Positions 62,957 through 64,000 of a stretch of 64,000 nucleotides of DNA are shown here, one piece after another. Each line of letters begins with the position of its first letter. Positions within the stretch are counted from its first letter, which is position 1. The translations under genes and the position numbers were made by a program. The stretch spans positions 20,894,001 to 20,958,000 of the forward strand of contig NC_087255.1 in assembly GCF_037042905.1 (NCBI RefSeq). Direction: 5' to 3'. Below the pieces are notes generated by a model. The model worked only from the letters and a program-made list of their open reading frames with translations, was not told the origin of the DNA and did not search any database. Source of the DNA: Lytechinus pictus. Lineage: Eukaryota.

Positions 62957-64000
62957 ATGGCACCAAGAAAAGCACCAGCGATTGGAATTGATTTGGGTAC
63001 CACTTATTCTTGTGTTGGAGTATTTCAGAATGGAAAGGTGGAGATCATTGCTAACGATCAAGGAAATCGGACCACACCCAGCTATGTCGCCTTCACAGAT
63101 ACAGAAAGATTGATTGGAGATGCAGCTAAGAATCAAGTGGCAATGTAAGTAAATTTTCTGTCTTTGTAATCATACCTTATTGCTTCATTACAATCTAAAG
63201 AGTTTACATGTAAAAGGGACTAAATCCACCTTTTCTCATTCTTCATAAATCTTTTTTTTATTTCTTCAAAATCTATGTTTCATTTCAGGAATTTCTTACA
63301 CTATGATTAAGAGTCATCAATATATGAAACAAAAATGCAATTAAAGATCCCGCAGATATCTTTTATTTTAGGTGATTCTTTATATATTTATCATTTTTAT
63401 GGGCCTTTTTGCATCATGAAAAGCTAACTTCACGTTGTTGCTATATCAGATATATATAATTTTTTGGAGTTGCACTACAGTCAGTTTGATCGATGCACAT
63501 GGTGATGTTTATTTAAACATGCAAAAAACAAATGCCGAATGATAAAAATGGATTTAGTCCCTTTTGCGTGTTAGCTCTTCATAGAATACCGGGTAATGCA
63601 TGTTTCTTGTTATAATTTGATCATAAAATTCAATTGAGGTTTATAAATGGCGACCTTCGATTCAGCCGTCAGCGGCTATCACGGTGACATGTCTCTTGAA
63701 TTCATTTTTTATCACTGACTTAGTAATTCATTCAAACTGAACTTCATATAATCGTCATTACTTTTGCAATATAGTCAAAGTATGTTTTGAACGCAGAATA
63801 TAAGTTAAAACTCAAAATACATGTAAATATCAAAGTGTTGCGGGCCCCCGGGGGCCACTTACATTTTGTGTGAAGTTTAACATTGTTACAGTAATCAAAT
63901 CTTCAATGAGTTTAATCATAAAGAAAACGTTTTTATGTTTGACTACGATTACAAATTAATGAAGTCTGCACAATCTTTTCTCATTATTACAGGAATCCTA
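62957..64000 (+). CDS. hsp70: Cytosolic Hsp70-family chaperone, 5' part (continues beyond the window)
   Basis: Exon 62957-63144 encodes [62 protein letters not shown], including the Hsp70 signature IDLGTTYS. A phase-2 intron 63145-63992 (GTAAGT...TTACAG) splits the ATG codon, and the exon from 63993 restores ...VAMNP. No signal or transit peptide. Confidence 0.96.
63197..63582. mobile_element. MITE in Hsp70 intron 1
   Basis: AAGAGTTTACATGTAAAAGGGACTAAATCCA is mirrored by TGGATTTAGTCCCTTTTGCGTGTTAGCTCTT. Confidence 0.7.

Noticed and set aside
63145-63992. U14 snoRNA in the Hsp70 intron (known from vertebrate hsc70 introns)
   Set aside because: No box C (RTGATGA) paired with the U14 18S-complementary domains is visible in this intron. 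Later introns are outside the window.

Overview
Eukaryotic, AT-rich, intron-containing genomic DNA. The repeat landscape and gene style suggest a marine invertebrate, possibly a sea urchin (inference only). Four spliced protein-coding genes can be rebuilt by hand with phase-consistent GT-AG introns. (1) A calponin/transgelin/myophilin-family gene (+, 4 visible coding exons 7713-17362, start exon not found). (2) A complete CFAP57/WDR65 gene (+, 18 coding exons 25992-41170, 1217 aa, probable non-coding first exon near 22.9 kb with RFX-type half-sites). (3) A class II DnaJ/Hsp40 gene of the DNAJB1/4/5 type (-, 2 exons, 60642-55105). (4) The 5' end of a cytosolic Hsp70 (+, from 62957), head-to-head with the DnaJ gene, with heat-shock elements at both promoters. 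The rest is dense with transposable elements: a 5'-truncated RT-encoding LINE, tRNA-derived SINEs, a Helentron/HINE-like element, many MITEs and two non-autonomous P-superfamily-like elements. The most striking observations are a 6.7-kb P-like element carrying a nest of other elements, a 33-bp relic of the same element's two ends that looks like a P-element excision footprint between the Hsp40 and Hsp70 promoters, and the divergent Hsp40/Hsp70 pair itself. No CRISPR array, rRNA or bona fide tRNA was found. All coordinates were counted by hand; repeat boundaries without a target-site duplication are approximate.
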